DNA of 64,000 nucleotides. Source: Microcoleus sp. Lineage in GTDB: Bacteria > Cyanobacteriota > Cyanobacteriia > Cyanobacteriales > Microcoleaceae. Below the pieces are notes generated by a model that was not told the DNA's origin, ran no database searches, and saw only the letters and a list, made by a program, of their open reading frames with translations. The position numbers and the translations under genes were made by a program. This document shows positions 20,911 to 31,921 of the stretch, piece after piece (the stretch's first letter is position 1; the number at the start of each line of letters is the position of its first letter). The stretch spans positions 3,328,001-3,392,000 of the forward strand of contig CP181291.1 in NCBI GenBank assembly GCA_052279835.1. Direction: 5' to 3'.

Positions 20911-22618
20911 ATGAGTGATTACGACGTTGTGATTGTTGGCGGCGGCCCTGCGGGTTCCACGGCTGGCACTTTGCTCAAGAAATACAATCCGAATTTGAGC
21001 GTGCTAATCCTAGAGAAAGAAAAATTTCCTCGCGATCATGTTGGGGAAAGCCAATTACCTCAAATTAGCGATGTGCTTCAAGAAATGGGATGCTGGGATA
21101 AAGTAGAAGCAGCCGACTTCCCGATTAAAATCGGTGCTACCTATCGCTGGGGAACAGATCCGCAACCTTGGGATTTTAATTTTATCAAGCCGGAAGAGTT
21201 TAAAGATGAGCGGCGTCCTGCTAAATTTGAGGGACACAGACGGCAAACTGCTTTCCAAGTCGATCGCGCAAAATATGATGAAATTTTGCTCAGACACGCC
21301 CAAGAAATGGGATGTTTGGTCAGAGAAGAAACTCCGGTGGTTAAAGTAGATACAGAGGGCGATCGCATTACAGCTCTACACTTGCGATCGCAGGAAGAAA
21401 TCACCGCCCGCTACTACATCGATGCTTCCGGCCACATCGGCGTGCTACGCAGAGTTTTGGGTGTCGAAACACACTGTCCGACACGACTACAAAATATCGC
21501 TATTTGGGACTACTGGACAAACGCTGAATGGGCCGATTTTATTGGTGTTGGTGGCACCCGCGTCCAGGTAATGAGTTTGAGTCACGGGTGGATTTGGTTC
21601 ATTCCCTTGGGTCCAACTCGTACCAGCATCGGTTTCATCTGTCCTGCGGAACATTATAAGGAGATGAAACAGCGACCAGAGGAGATATATGCCGCAGCAC
21701 TAAAGAGCGAACCTCGCATCAGCAAATTAATCGCTAATGCTACCAGTACGGGGAATATTGAAACTACAAAAGATTGGTCATTTTTGAGCGATCGAACAGT
21801 AGGAGAAAACTGGTTTTTAGTCGGGGAATCTGCGGGTTTTGCCGACCCAATTTTAGCTGCTGGCATGACTTTAGCTCACACGGGAGCCCGCGAATTAGCT
21901 TACACAATCTTAGAACTAGAGCAGCAGAAACACGAGGCTAACTGGCTAAAAACTCAATACGATGCCAATCAAAGGCGCAGAGTGCAACAGCACATTCGCT
22001 TCGCCGATTACTGGTACGCTGCCAACGGTCAATTCACTGACTTACAAGCACATTCAAGGGAAATTGCGCGAGATTCTGGGTTGAATCTAAGCCCGGAAAA
22101 AGCTTTTGGGTGGTTAGCCCAAGGAGGATTCACCAATGATATTTTGGGTCAAGCTGTGATTGCCGGGTTTGATTTAGGTTCCATGAAACAGGTAATGCAG
22201 CGATTCTCGCAGCAAGAAGTGCCTTGGCTGCTTTCGGCTTACAATGTGTTTCAGTTAGATTTAGTAGATGCAGAAATCGAGTTTGTAGCTGTCTACGAAG
22301 CTGGTAAAATTAACAAGATCAAGTGTTATGTGAAGAACGGTCAGCGGTTGCCTGTTACAGGTTTATACGGTTTGCTGATTGATATTTTGGGCCGCACTGA
22401 ATACATCGAACAGATTTACCGGCAGTTGGTGCTAGTGTTTAAGGAGCGTTTTTCTGTGCAACACGCACGAGTAGCACTTCATCAAGCCCTTGGTTGTTTG
22501 GAGGTGATGGTGAGTTTCTGGTATCGTCAATGCAATATTGAATCCTGAGTTGTCTAAATTGAATATTTCCATACCGATGGAAGGCGAGTTAATTCACACT
22601 CACAGGGATGCGACTTAA
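20911..22618 (+). CDS. Flavin-dependent halogenase; annotated frame stops at 22548, probable +1 frameshift near 22516 would extend it to 22618
   Basis: GGGPAG FAD motif, FPRDHVGES, FPIKIG (candidate catalytic Lys), GWIWFIP (WxWxIP), GFADPILAAG (halide-loop-like). Confidence 0.85.
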
Positions 22619-22716
22619 TATCAATTCCTCTCTTCATCGTCCTGTATTCATTTCTCTCTGTGTTCTCTGTGTTCTAGTAAGGTTAAATCATTCCGATGCA
22701 ACCCGAAACGATATAA
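22617..22716. repeat. MITE-like dispersed repeat (ATATCAA...GGTTAAATCATTCCGATGCAACC...GATATA)
   Basis: Two further copies in opposite orientations at about 42609-42712 and 42715-42849. Confidence 0.7.
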
Positions 22717-22884
22717 CGGGCTACAGGAAAGCTGGGCCCAGAACGATATATAGTGAACCCATGGCACGAGGAAAGCTACCCAAATTTTTGCTAAGGTATT
22801 GGTAGCTTTCTCTAGATATTAAGTTAGGTTCCAGTATCCCATTTCTTAAACAAGTCGGGTACTGGGAATTCTGTTATGAAATAC

Positions 22885-22923
22885 AAAAAATCAGAGGTTG
22901 GAAAATTCCAACTTCTGATTTTT
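22885..22923. terminator. Bidirectional intrinsic terminator downstream of tRNA-Asn
   Basis: AAAAAATCAGAGGTTGGAA/TTCCAACTTCTGATTTTT hairpin with A and T tracts. Confidence 0.7.
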
Positions 22924-22928
22924 ACTAA

Positions 22929-23000
22929 CTCCCCGGGTAGGATTTGAACCTACGACCAATCGGTTAACAGCCGACCGCTCTGCCACTGAGCTACCGAGGA
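22929..23000 (-). tRNA. trnN: tRNA-Asn(GTT)
   Basis: TCCTCGGTAGCTCAGTGGCAGAGCGGTCGGCTGTTAACCGATTGGTCGTAGGTTCAAATCCTACCCGGGGAG cloverleaf, anticodon GTT. Confidence 0.97.
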
Positions 23001-23109
23001 TTGGTGCTTTTTGCTTGCCACATTTACTAATAGTAATACCAACATCCTGAATTTGGCAAGGCCTTTGACAAACTTTTTTTTAAGTCATACAGAAAGGGGG
23101 TTTCAGGAG

Positions 23110-23664
23110 TTAGGGCAATCCCATTCTCAGTTTAGCGAGCCGCTGTTGGGATTCTGGATCGAGAGAACTGGCGAGAAAGCGACTAGAAGTTTGTTTGCGA
23201 GATTTGTGCAGGCGCTCGCAGCGGCGGGCTGTCGATTCGATGTCGGCGGCAAGTTGCTCGGCAGACATCCATTCGGCACCGTAGCCGACGACGGTCAATT
23301 GCTGCGCTCGGTCTGAGGTGGCGACAATCATGCGACCTTTTCCCGATCGCGATCGCAATTCATAACGCAAACTAGCACAAGATTTTTCAATATAAGTATC
23401 TGCTGTCTGACCGAAGTCAGTGTAGTGCACAGATAAATGTTTTGTAATAATTTCTTTGACGCTGGGAGTATGTCGATAGTGAGCATCAAACACCAGTCGA
23501 GCCTCAAAATCTTGAACAGCGCTGTAGTTAACTAAAACTTCAATTAACTCGCGGCGAGCTGTTTCGAGTTCGTCGCGATCGCGCTTCTGTCGGAGTTTAG
23601 GCCAAAGCCCAATCATGTTATAGCCGTCTACAAGTAAAACCGCTTGCGATACATAGGGTGACAT
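23110..23664 (-). CDS. NYN-domain ribonuclease (YacP/Rae1-like)
   Basis: LLVDGYNMIG, VFDA, TADTYIE, VATSD. Confidence 0.9.
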   Translation of the reverse strand: MSPYVSQAVLLVDGYNMIGLWPKLRQKRDRDELETARRELIEVLVNYSAVQDFEARLVFDAHYRHTPSVKEIITKHLSVHYTDFGQTADTYIEKSCASLRYELRSRSGKGRMIVATSDRAQQLTVVGYGAEWMSAEQLAADIESTARRCERLHKSRKQTSSRFLASSLDPESQQRLAKLRMGLP

Positions 23665-23896
23665 GGTTCAAAGCTGAAAATCTCCAGCGCGTATAGGACA
23701 TTATTTGCATTGTTTATCAAAGCTTTTGTTGCATTTTATTACAAATCGATGTCTAGTATCAAGTTCTGTTGAGTCCTGGGTAATACCAAATCTGGGGAAA
23801 GCTACCCGCTGGAATTTTGACTGTTGACTTTGTTATGTAGCAACCGCCCAAGCGCCTTGGTGACTGTTATAGTTGCTGTTCGGGAGTGATACAGAC

Positions 23897-23938
23897 AAAA
23901 AAAATGGCGTTTGCACTTGACAAACGCCATTTTTTTTG
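23897..23938. terminator. Bidirectional intrinsic terminator
   Basis: AAAAAAATGGCGTTTG/CAAACGCCATTTTTTTT at the stop of the channel gene. Confidence 0.75.
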
Positions 23939-25618
23939 TTATGAACGCGGCGTTTTATCTTGTTTAAAAGCCGCTAACCATTCGCGAATTTGCTCGGAGG
24001 CAATATCGCGCCCCCCCAAACCAAATGCCAGAGCAATCCCTACAGCGATCGCCCCTAGCAGCAGCCCAAAGGCCAAATTCACAATATCGCTAGCAATGCC
24101 CATCTGTTGCAGCGCCAAGGCCAACACAAAGGCAATAATCGCGATCCGAGCCGTTTGGCCCAACAACCGGGCTTGGCGAGTGCCAGAACTGGCAATCAAA
24201 CTAAAGGCCAGATTCGCTAAGTATAAGCCGATCGCAAATACGATCAAACCAGACAAAACCCGACCAGCTACCACCACAATACCGCTGACAATCGCCGTCA
24301 GTGCCGGAATGCGCAGCACATCAGTAGCAGCCACCACAGCAAACAGGATAATACCTACTTGCACGACAATCCCCACAAACTCCGAAGGAGTACGGGATGG
24401 AATTTCTGGTTCCGCCTGAAGTACCGTTGCATCGGGATCTAGCTGGTTCTGAGCGATGGACAAAGGTGGCTTCGCTGGCACACCCAACCAAGAAAAGACA
24501 TTATTAAAGCCAATCCCCGTCAGGATATTAATCACCAAATCGCTAATCCAGCGTCCCAAAATGTAAGCAACCACTAAAATGATGGCTGCGGTAAAAATAT
24601 TGGGAATGGCGCCCAAAATCGTGTTGAGCATCGCGATTGCCGGCTGGGAAATCGCCTGAATGTCCAAAGCGTTGAGTGCAGCGATCGCCGTTGGAATTAA
24701 AATCAAGACATAGACGATCGTCCCGACAATCCACGACAGCGATTGGCCGCCATTCGTCCGCGAAATTCCGAACCTAGCGCCCACACTGTCCGCCCCAGTA
24801 GCAGCCAGCAAATTGGTGACAATCCGCCGCACCACCTGAGCCAGCAGCCAGCCCACAGCCCCAATCAGCACCGCTTCCAAAATCTTAGGAATCGCAGCCA
24901 GAATTTGATTGAGCAAATTCTGAACCGGCAGCAGCGCCTGAGACAATTGCAGAGATTCCAGAATCAGTGGCAAAAACAGCAGAAAGATAAACCAATACAG
25001 CGCATTGGCTACTGTTTCGCTCAGCAGCAAAGGGCTTTCTCCTGGTGTTCCACCCACTTGCTGATTCAAACGCTCATCCAAACCAAAAGCCCGCATCGCC
25101 CGTGATACGGCCAATTTGGCAACAGTGGCCAATACCCAAGCTATCCCCAGCCAAATCAGCGCCCCTGCTAACTTCGGCAAGAAAGCAGCTATTTGATCTA
25201 GAAAAGTATTGAGGGGTTGCGAGACAGCAGTCAAATTCAGTCGGTTGAAAAAGGCTACCAGGAAGAAGATAAAAATGATCCAGAATACCGCAGTCGCCAC
25301 CCATTTTTCGACTGGTGGTGAGTCTGTGGAGTCTGGACGCCCTGTCACCCAGGCTGCCATTTTGTTGTCGATGTTAGTTTTTTTCAGTAATCCTCCGATT
25401 ACTGACGAAACTAGGGTGGCTACGATCAAACCCAACAGCAGAATGCCTACTGCCCAGATCAGATTTTCAATGTTTGAACCCTGAAATAGATTGTTTAATC
25501 CACGTTCGGCATCTGCCAGCGGATTTGGGGCCGGCTGCCCCTGGGCTAAGATGCGATCGGACAGAAGCCCCATCGGGGTCCATGTCGATTGAGTTATTTC
25601 TTGCCAAGTTTCATTCAT
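23939..25618 (-). CDS. Conserved TM-helix-repeat protein / mechanosensitive channel family (CmpX-like)
   Basis: Repeated LPKLAGAL/IPKILEAV/IPNIFTAA TM units; C-terminal ALAFGLGGRD. Confidence 0.8.
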   Translation of the reverse strand: MNETWQEITQSTWTPMGLLSDRILAQGQPAPNPLADAERGLNNLFQGSNIENLIWAVGILLLGLIVATLVSSVIGGLLKKTNIDNKMAAWVTGRPDSTDSPPVEKWVATAVFWIIFIFFLVAFFNRLNLTAVSQPLNTFLDQIAAFLPKLAGALIWLGIAWVLATVAKLAVSRAMRAFGLDERLNQQVGGTPGESPLLLSETVANALYWFIFLLFLPLILESLQLSQALLPVQNLLNQILAAIPKILEAVLIGAVGWLLAQVVRRIVTNLLAATGADSVGARFGISRTNGGQSLSWIVGTIVYVLILIPTAIAALNALDIQAISQPAIAMLNTILGAIPNIFTAAIILVVAYILGRWISDLVINILTGIGFNNVFSWLGVPAKPPLSIAQNQLDPDATVLQAEPEIPSRTPSEFVGIVVQVGIILFAVVAATDVLRIPALTAIVSGIVVVAGRVLSGLIVFAIGLYLANLAFSLIASSGTRQARLLGQTARIAIIAFVLALALQQMGIASDIVNLAFGLLLGAIAVGIALAFGLGGRDIASEQIREWLAAFKQDKTPRS

Positions 25619-25695
25619 TTTTTTCTCAGGTTAACGTCAGATTTGACAAGGAAAATAAGAAACTGTAAGAATACGCTTCTAGCTTGCAGGTTTTC

Positions 25696-26139
25696 ATGTC
25701 TATTCGTCAAGTTTTCGAGCAATCAATTGAAATTCGCGCTGCTGCTACCTTGGTGGAGCGCTGTATCGCCGATCGCACTTTAATGCACCAGTGGCTCAAT
25801 CCATTACTCCGCTGCGAGCCTGTAGGCGAATGGGATACTGCTGTCGGAAGTCGCAGCCTATTTATCATAAAAATTCCAGTTTGGCAACCCACTTTAGAGA
25901 GTGTGGTTTTGGAGCGAGAACCGGGTTTAATTGTCTGGGGGTTTGATGGATTTTTTCAAGGGTGCGATCGCTGGGAATGTCAACCACAAATCCAAGGCAC
26001 ACTTTTGATCAACCGCTTTGAATTTGAGATTCCCAATCAGTTAATTCGATTTGGTTTCCATCGCTTTGCAGCCCCTTGGACCCAGAAAGACATGAAAGAC
26101 CAACTTCGTCGCCTCAAACGAGTAGCCGAGCAATTGTGA
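25696..26139 (+). CDS. SRPBCC/polyketide cyclase-like protein
   Basis: FEQSIEIRA..HQWLNP..QLRRLKRVAE START-fold pattern. Confidence 0.75.
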   Translation: MSIRQVFEQSIEIRAAATLVERCIADRTLMHQWLNPLLRCEPVGEWDTAVGSRSLFIIKIPVWQPTLESVVLEREPGLIVWGFDGFFQGCDRWECQPQIQGTLLINRFEFEIPNQLIRFGFHRFAAPWTQKDMKDQLRRLKRVAEQL

Positions 26140-26260
26140 CAAAAGCAACAAGGAACAAACTAGGGACAATCGGAGAGCGGGATGCTCACAGAACGAGAGA
26201 AAAGACTATCAATTCCCAATGCTCGCTTCCCCATTTCCCCGGTCCCCTAACTGGAATTTT

Positions 26261-26947
26261 TTACTTCATATTCCCCGATGAATTAGGCTGACAAATCATT
26301 TGTCTGGCAGAATTCAATGCTTGACCAGCAGTGCCTTGCAAAGCCGGTGAATTTTTATACATGGCTTGCAAATCTTGCATATCTTTCATCACCCGCTGAT
26401 AGACAGCCATAGCTTGATTTCCATCTACTTCCAAAGCAGAAGGGGTGTAATTTTGCATCACTTCGATCAGGGATATTTTGCCATCTTTGGAAGCTCCAAC
26501 TAAAGCATCCCGCAAAGCCGGAGCGCTTTGAGCGCGAGTTGCTGGTGCATAAGCTACTTCGCCCAATTGTTTCAAAACAATTTCCCCGAAGTAGGAATTT
26601 GCCAGCCGCGTTACTAATTGAGAATCTAAAGCTACTTCTCGCGTTAATATTTCTCGCACTGATTCAGGAGTTTGTTTCGCCAGACTTAGAACGCTTTGCA
26701 GTTGAGGAGAGGGTTTGCCAGTTTGTGTAAAGCTTTGCAAGTCGGCTAGGGGTAAAGTGACATCAACAGCGCCATATTTGACTGTGACTGTTTCTAATGC
26801 CAAAGCCTTACCGCTGCTTAGCAATACTGCACTTGTTCCTAACAAAAGTGCCAAACCTAATGATAAAGACTTTGACATTCTCTTTGTTAAATGGGCTGAG
26901 TGCCGGCGCATTCCATCGAAATAACCTGATTGAAACTGAAAGTTCAT
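26261..26947 (-). CDS. DUF1400 (alpha/beta hydrolase-associated) secreted protein
   Basis: Signal peptide ending ALA, then ETVTVKYG..LADLQSF..ALRDALV..ISLIEVMQNY; start uncertain. Confidence 0.7.
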   Translation of the reverse strand: MNFQFQSGYFDGMRRHSAHLTKRMSKSLSLGLALLLGTSAVLLSSGKALALETVTVKYGAVDVTLPLADLQSFTQTGKPSPQLQSVLSLAKQTPESVREILTREVALDSQLVTRLANSYFGEIVLKQLGEVAYAPATRAQSAPALRDALVGASKDGKISLIEVMQNYTPSALEVDGNQAMAVYQRVMKDMQDLQAMYKNSPALQGTAGQALNSARQMICQPNSSGNMK

Positions 26948-27266
26948 GGTTTTTTGCCTGTTTACGTCAAAATACTTTTTTGAGCGATCGTCTCTGTGGG
27001 TGTCAATCTGAAAAATAGATTTAGGAGTGTAACCCAAGAATCTGTGATTTTACAGTGATTTCAAGGAATTTTAACCTCTCATCAGATAGGTGTCAATTTG
27101 TCACTTATATGTTAAGCCCCCGCCTTACATATTTTCCTCCATTGGTTATATATCTTTGCAAAAATTTTGATCCTCCGGCTCTCTCTGACAACACGCGGTT
27201 GTCAGGACAAATTGATAAAGGCCACATCCACCTTAATCTAGGGAGGATCGCTCCTGCAAGCTGGGA

Positions 27267-28091
27267 TCACATATCCCATTCGAGTCGATCAAGTAATTGG
27301 CGAATTCTAGGAGCATCAGGAGCATTAGGAGCATTTCTTAGGTATACTTCCAAATCGTGACGTGCTTCTGCCAAACGCCCCAGTTGATAGTACAGAATTC
27401 CGCGATCGCGCCTTTCTCCCAGGGCATCTGGAAATAGCAGTAAAATTCCTTCGATCGCCCTGAGCACCCTCCTAGCATCTTGCTGTTGCAAATAAATCGC
27501 CTTCAGATTTCCCAGCATTCGCGCCAATAATTGCCGGGGACTGACTGCGGCGAGAAATGCCGGCTGCAACTCCATAGTTTGACCATAAATTCGAGAAATT
27601 CTCTCTTGACAATCTTCAGTAAATAAAATCTCACCGCCGTTAAACGCATCAACAAAAATGCCAGCCTCTTCAAAATTTGGCTTAATTAAAAAATGTCCTG
27701 GCATCCCAATTCCCACCATGGGAAAATCAATCCGCTTGGCAACTTCCAAATAAACCAAAGACAAAGAGATAGGAATACCCATACGGCGATCGATCACTTG
27801 ATTCAAAAAACTATTACGGGGGTCATAATAATCCGCATCATTGCCCGCAAATCTCAAATCCTCGTATAAGTAACGGTTAATAGTTTGAATGATTCGCAGG
27901 GGATAATTCTGTGCCGGCAGGCGATCGCGAACTTCATCCGCCATGTCGTCGAGAGCATTGAGATATTCCTGTGTCTCTAAGTTAGGATATTCTTCTAAAG
28001 CTATATACAGGGCTGCTTTTGCCAGATCTATCGAGTTATCTGGTTGATTAATTTCTAAATGAAATAGTTGTCGCGCTCTGGGAAAATCCAT
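27267..28091 (-). CDS. SirB1-family transglutaminase-like/TPR protein
   Basis: YYDPRNSFLNQVIDRRMGIPISL, GMPGHFL, RDRGILY. Confidence 0.9.
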   Translation of the reverse strand: MDFPRARQLFHLEINQPDNSIDLAKAALYIALEEYPNLETQEYLNALDDMADEVRDRLPAQNYPLRIIQTINRYLYEDLRFAGNDADYYDPRNSFLNQVIDRRMGIPISLSLVYLEVAKRIDFPMVGIGMPGHFLIKPNFEEAGIFVDAFNGGEILFTEDCQERISRIYGQTMELQPAFLAAVSPRQLLARMLGNLKAIYLQQQDARRVLRAIEGILLLFPDALGERRDRGILYYQLGRLAEARHDLEVYLRNAPNAPDAPRIRQLLDRLEWDM

Positions 28092-28118
28092 TTTTATTAT
28101 TGATTTAAAGGCTCTACT

Positions 28119-28874
28119 CTAATGATTTTTATCTAAATCAGCCACTATTTTTAATAAAGCTTCACGATAAATTATTTTGCCATCAGCATTGAGATGAACA
28201 CCATCCGATGTCAAATTAGCCTTCAAAGCTTTGCCCTCAAATAACGGCTGCACAACTGCTTCGTCAATTGATAATTTTTCTACCACAGCAACTTGACGAA
28301 TCAACCGATTAAACCGATCGACTCTTGAAATAGGAGCAGCAACAGTCACATCGTGGCTTGCCTCAACAGTTGAATAAACAACTGGTAGCAAAACCACTTG
28401 TTTCGCCCCCATATCTTGTTTTACAGTCGCGATTATTTGCCTCATATTGTTCACAAATTGCTCATCCATAGTTCTGTAAATAGCATCATTAGTACCCAGA
28501 GCAATGATTGCCCGATCGCACTTAACTTTAACAGCAGTGAGAAACTTAAGCTGTTCTAGCTGAGAAATTGCACTCATCCCGCCCATCGCCCAATTAAAAG
28601 TATCGTTTCCGAGAGTATTTCCCAACATCGAAGTTATAGAATCCCCAAAAAAACAAGTTTTAATTTGCCTAGGGTGAGCCACAGCAACTTGATATTTTAT
28701 CTCATCCAGCCACCCTGGTTGAGAACTCAGTGTATCTGTGGGTAATTCCAGGTAATTAGCATTCGCCATCACCAACATCCTGCCTAAATATCCCCGTTTT
28801 GCTGCATAGATAAAAATCACCCCTATCAAAATTATATTAAAAAAAATAGAAAAACTTGTGACGGTATTTTTCAT
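28119..28874 (-). CDS. GDSL/SGNH hydrolase with N-terminal membrane anchor
   Basis: FFGDSIT, LGTND, DGVH; start set at MKNTVT. Confidence 0.85.
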   Translation of the reverse strand: MKNTVTSFSIFFNIILIGVIFIYAAKRGYLGRMLVMANANYLELPTDTLSSQPGWLDEIKYQVAVAHPRQIKTCFFGDSITSMLGNTLGNDTFNWAMGGMSAISQLEQLKFLTAVKVKCDRAIIALGTNDAIYRTMDEQFVNNMRQIIATVKQDMGAKQVVLLPVVYSTVEASHDVTVAAPISRVDRFNRLIRQVAVVEKLSIDEAVVQPLFEGKALKANLTSDGVHLNADGKIIYREALLKIVADLDKNH

Positions 28875-28897
28875 CTTGTATTTTAAAATTTGCAAAT

Positions 28898-30665
28898 TTA
28901 AATTCCGTGACTCTTGCCAATCACCCAATTGCGCCGAAAAATCCGAGCCAAAGTCGATTCTTCCAAAGCAAAATAGATTGGGCGGCCGTGAGGACAAGTG
29001 CGAGGATTCCGAGTTTGTTGCCATTCATTCAACAAATTTTGCATTTCACCCAGGGTTAAAGGAGTACCATTGCGAAGGGCACTACGACAAGCAGTAGCAA
29101 CTTGAGCTGCTTGCAAATCGGCTACTTTACTGAGTTCAAAAATAGCATCTCTACAGTCATCTCGCTCGGCCAATAATGCAGGAACTTCCCGCAGCGCCCA
29201 TAGCTGTTCGCCAAAAGTTTCTACCTCTAAACCTAAGCGAGACAAATTCTCAATTTGCCACGCCGATAATTGACTGAAAATTAGGGGTTTTTCTAGAGGT
29301 TTTAACTGCCAAGCAGCGCATAATTGCTCGTACAAAACACGCTCGTGAGCGATGTGTTGTTCTACTAACCACATTCCGCTGGGATGTTCCGCTACAATAT
29401 AAGTATGGTGAACTTGAGCGATCGCCCTCAATTCCATCAATCCTATGGGATGAGCTGTTACCTGTTCGCCGTCGTCATTGGGTTCGCTAGATATCCCCAG
29501 ATTATAAGTACCTTTTTGTTCCGATGCTTTGAGCAATTTTTCCACTCGATCGGGAATAGTCGGCTGCGGCAAAACATCTTCATTCAACTCCAAAGCACGA
29601 GCAATTGCTGCTCTAACTTGTACTTGCCAAAAACTAGGATCTTGCAAATAAATTTCCACCTTAGCTGGGTGTCGATTCCAGTCAATTTCCGAGGGAGAAA
29701 TTTGCAGGTGAATAAAACACAGAGGATAGCGATCGCGCGGACAAGTACGAGCAAAGGCGCTGAAAATAGTTTGCTCCAATTCGGGCGATCGCACCACCCG
29801 CCGATTCACTGCCACCTTCACCCAATCCGGGCGTCTGCGATGACAGCGATCGGGCAAACCAATTACTAACTCCAATTTATTGCTATAGGAAACAGAGGGC
29901 AAATTTACCTTTAAATACTGCAAATCATGCAACCGCACTCCCCGCACAAATTGAGGTAAAATTTGTTTCCCTGTGAGACCCTGGATTTATCTGAAAACAA
30001 GGGGTATTTGCTTGTCGCAACTGCCAATTGACTTGAGGGTGACAAAGAGCAATTTGCTGAAGAATTAATTGTACCGATCGCATTTGCTGTGCCGGAGCCA
30101 AAAAGCCGCGACGGACTGGCCAATTGCCAAACAAGTTACTAACTGTCACCACCGTCCCTGGAGCGATCGCAATTGTTTCCACCTCCAAAGGTTCCCCAGC
30201 GCCATCGTAAACTACCCGCCAGCCCGATCGAGCATTTTCTATTTTCCCTCTCGACGCAGAGAGATTTTCAAGAGCCACATTCTCTGGATTTTCATCTAAA
30301 TCGGCGAATCCCAAATCATTTGTTCTGCTCAAGATTTCCAAAGAACCCAACTGAGCCAAACTATGCAAAGCTTCGCCACGAAACCCCAAAGTAGAAATTT
30401 TGTAAAGGTCTGCTTCAGTGCTAATTTTACTGGTACTATGAGCAGAAGCAGCCTGCTGCAAATTTTTCAAATCCATTCCCGCACCGTTATCTGCAACTTG
30501 CAGTCGCCACTGTTGGGGCCATACAGAAACAATTATGCGAGTTGCGCCAGCATCCAGAGAATTTTCCACTAATTCTCGCACCGCCGCAGCCATCGAGTCA
30601 ATTACCTCACCGGCGGCAATTAAATCGATCACTTCTGGGGGTAAAGTTTGAATACTAAGTGGCAT
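28898..30665 (-). CDS. mutL: DNA mismatch repair endonuclease MutL, split by a +1 frameshift near 29980
   Basis: N part: IAAGEVI, ELVENSLDAGA, DNGAG, GFRGEAL. C part: WNRHPAK, EQHIAHER, ACRSA, CPHGRP. Removing one C of CCC at 29979-29981 joins the frames. Confidence 0.93.
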
Positions 30666-30715
30666 TATAATTTTAGCTATTCCTCAACTCAATTATACTT
30701 CATTTTGCCCTTCAT

Positions 30716-31811
30716 TTAACTTATATTTTTAGGCAAACGAATATAAAAAGTTGTTCCTTTATCATCTTCCGACTCATAGGTAATTTCCCCTTTGTGAGCA
30801 TCAACCATCGACTTAGCAATCGCCGTTCCCAAACCAGTACCCGTGCGCTTTCCATAGGTCACAAAAGGTTCAAATAATTTTTCCTTAATTGCCCGCGGAA
30901 TACCAGGTCCATTATCGTAAATGCTAATTTCTGCCCAGTCCTCACTTTCTGTGACAGTAATCTCTACACGACCCCCTCGTCCCCCAAAAGCTTCCACAGC
31001 ATTGCCCACTAAATTTTGCAAAACGCGCAAAATTTTATTTTCGTCAGCAAGCACTGTCACTTCTGTTATCCGTACTACCAACTCTACTTTTGCCGCTTCA
31101 AAATAAACTCTATTCAATTTTTCAAATTGGTGCAAAGTCTGGATCAGGTTAATTGGTTTTTTATGCAAAACAGAATTCCCACGAGAAAATTCTAATACTT
31201 CCTCTGCCATTCCCAACATTCGCTGCACTTGCAATTGAATCAGGTCGCACCATTCCTGAGTTTCCTCGTCAGGGTGAATTTCTTTGAGCATTTCACTTGA
31301 AAGTTTAATTCCTGTAAAAGGACTTTTAAAATCGTGAATAATTGTACTCACCATTTCTCCGACAAGTACCATTTTTTGTTTGTGTACAAACTGATTCACA
31401 TACTGATCTGTTGTGTCGCGCAAATTTTGAACAATAAAGCTAAAAATTTGCAGCACGGAAGTTCCTTTGCTAAAATGGAGTGTATCTATCAGTTTCTGTG
31501 CGAGATATTTTGGCTAAAGTTGAGCCTGCAATGGCTAAGGCCCTCGCACTGCGCGGCTGTCCGTCTAAAACTCCGAGTTCCCCAAAAAAGTCATCCGGTT
31601 TAGCTAGAGCAACAGTTTGATGTTTATTGTTGTCAATCCGTTTGCTAAAGTTGACTTCACCTTCTAAGACTAGATATAAGAAATCCGCTGGATCTCCTTC
31701 CTCAAAAACCAGGGTTTCTTGGGCAAAATTCTCCAATATCGCTATTTTGCACAGGTGCGCGGCTTGTTCGGGTTCAAAGTAGGACATAAATCGATGAGAG
31801 GCCAAATCCAT
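30716..31811 (-). CDS. cNMP-binding domain sensor histidine kinase, split by a +1 frameshift near 31495
   Basis: FEEGDPADFLYLVLEG..FFGELGVLDGQPRSA (cNMP) then IHDFKSP, NAVEA, DNGPG, GTGLG (HK); frames join as SR..LIDTLHFSKGTSVLQI. Confidence 0.85.
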
Positions 31812-31921
31812 GTGAAAATACCACCTGAAGCTTAATCTAAACAGTTTCTTTTTTATATCTTCTCTTATTCCTCGAATTTAATTGCAGATCAACTTTTGGT
31901 TTAAAAAACTTTATTAAAAAA

